From the NCBI GenBank assembly GCA_002269645.1, contig NIVC01001277.1, forward strand, positions 182,970 through 246,969: a stretch of 64,000 bases of DNA, written 5' to 3'. A program made the translations under genes and the position numbers. Each line of letters begins with the position of its first letter. Within the stretch, counting starts at the first letter, position 1. Shown here in pieces: positions 63,241 through 64,000 of the stretch. The notes beneath the pieces were generated by a model, which did not search any database, was not told the DNA's origin, and saw only the letters and a list, made by a program, of their open reading frames with translations. Source of the DNA: Macrostomum lignano. Its lineage: Eukaryota.

Positions 63241-64000
63241 TCCTAAACTTTTACGTAATCAACTGCTAATTCATTTCGTTTTTGATTAATTCAATTCTGA
63301 TATTTTAGCTTTTCAAGCAGCTTATCATCCATTAAAAGATGAACTCAAGGTCTCCCAATTGAGCGCTTCCGCCAAGCAGTAACCCCCCCCCCAGTTCCCT
63401 CCCTGACTCTGCATTTCATTAGCTCTGCTAGAGGGCAATAGATCAGCAGACAAAAGGGCTCAGAGTGTCTCTGACTTGTCAAACCCGCTGATTGACTGCC
63501 TGGGAAAATCAAGAGGGATCAGTAGCGTGCAGGGACAGCAGCCGACCGAGTGGCATTTTCTTTCTTTGCTTCCTCCTTTTTTGCGGAACTAATCGCCTCA
63601 TAACCTTTCCACCCCTTCGTGCTCACTCGCCCGCCAAGCCCGCTGTGCCAGCATGTCCCGGAGATTGAAACATTTATAATCCGGGCATATTTCCTCACTA
63701 CAGCCGGGACTCGTCACCCCCCCCGAGTCCTCATTCTCCCTGATCCCCGTCTGGCCAAATATTCCCCACCCCGGCCTCATCCTCCTTCACAAGTTTCGGG
63801 AAAACTCCCGACTCGGCGGCCGAGGGAGTGTTGCCAGGGCTTGAGCCAGCATCCTGCATCCTCCTCTCGGCTCTCTTCCCCAGCTCCATCCGCCAAATCC
63901 CGCGGAGAATCGCCTGAATGGGGGGGGGAGCAGAGCCCGTCCTCTCCAGTCACAAACAGAAAAATAAGAACATTTAAAAAAATCTACAATCAAAGAATTA

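Overview
Eukaryotic (animal) genomic DNA with GC-rich exons, very long (GATA)n/(GACA)n tracts and minisatellite-filled introns. This style resembles the flatworm Macrostomum lignano, but the species is an inference and is not confirmed. I reconstructed three intact spliced genes by hand, with consistent GT-AG phases: FoxC (minus, 3 exons, about 639 aa), transportin-1 (minus, 10 coding exons, about 914 aa, plus a probable 3'UTR intron) and tektin-2 (plus, 4 exons, about 422 aa). Tektin-2 is head-to-head with transportin-1. The left end holds an RTE-like LINE lacking its RT core and a decayed Ty3/gypsy element. Transportin intron 1 holds two nested non-autonomous DNA transposons, and intron 2 holds a hairpin MITE carrying RFX-like motifs. 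About 27 different minisatellite arrays fill introns and intergenic space. The most unusual patterns: seven unrelated arrays carry the splice-donor core GGTGAG; one 21-mer reads as a perfect donor on one strand and as branch point plus acceptor on the other; some introns are about 97-98% one array; one 41-42 bp unit occurs at three separate sites; and unit lengths cluster near multiples of the DNA helical turn. Repeat boundaries are approximate, and no database searches were run.
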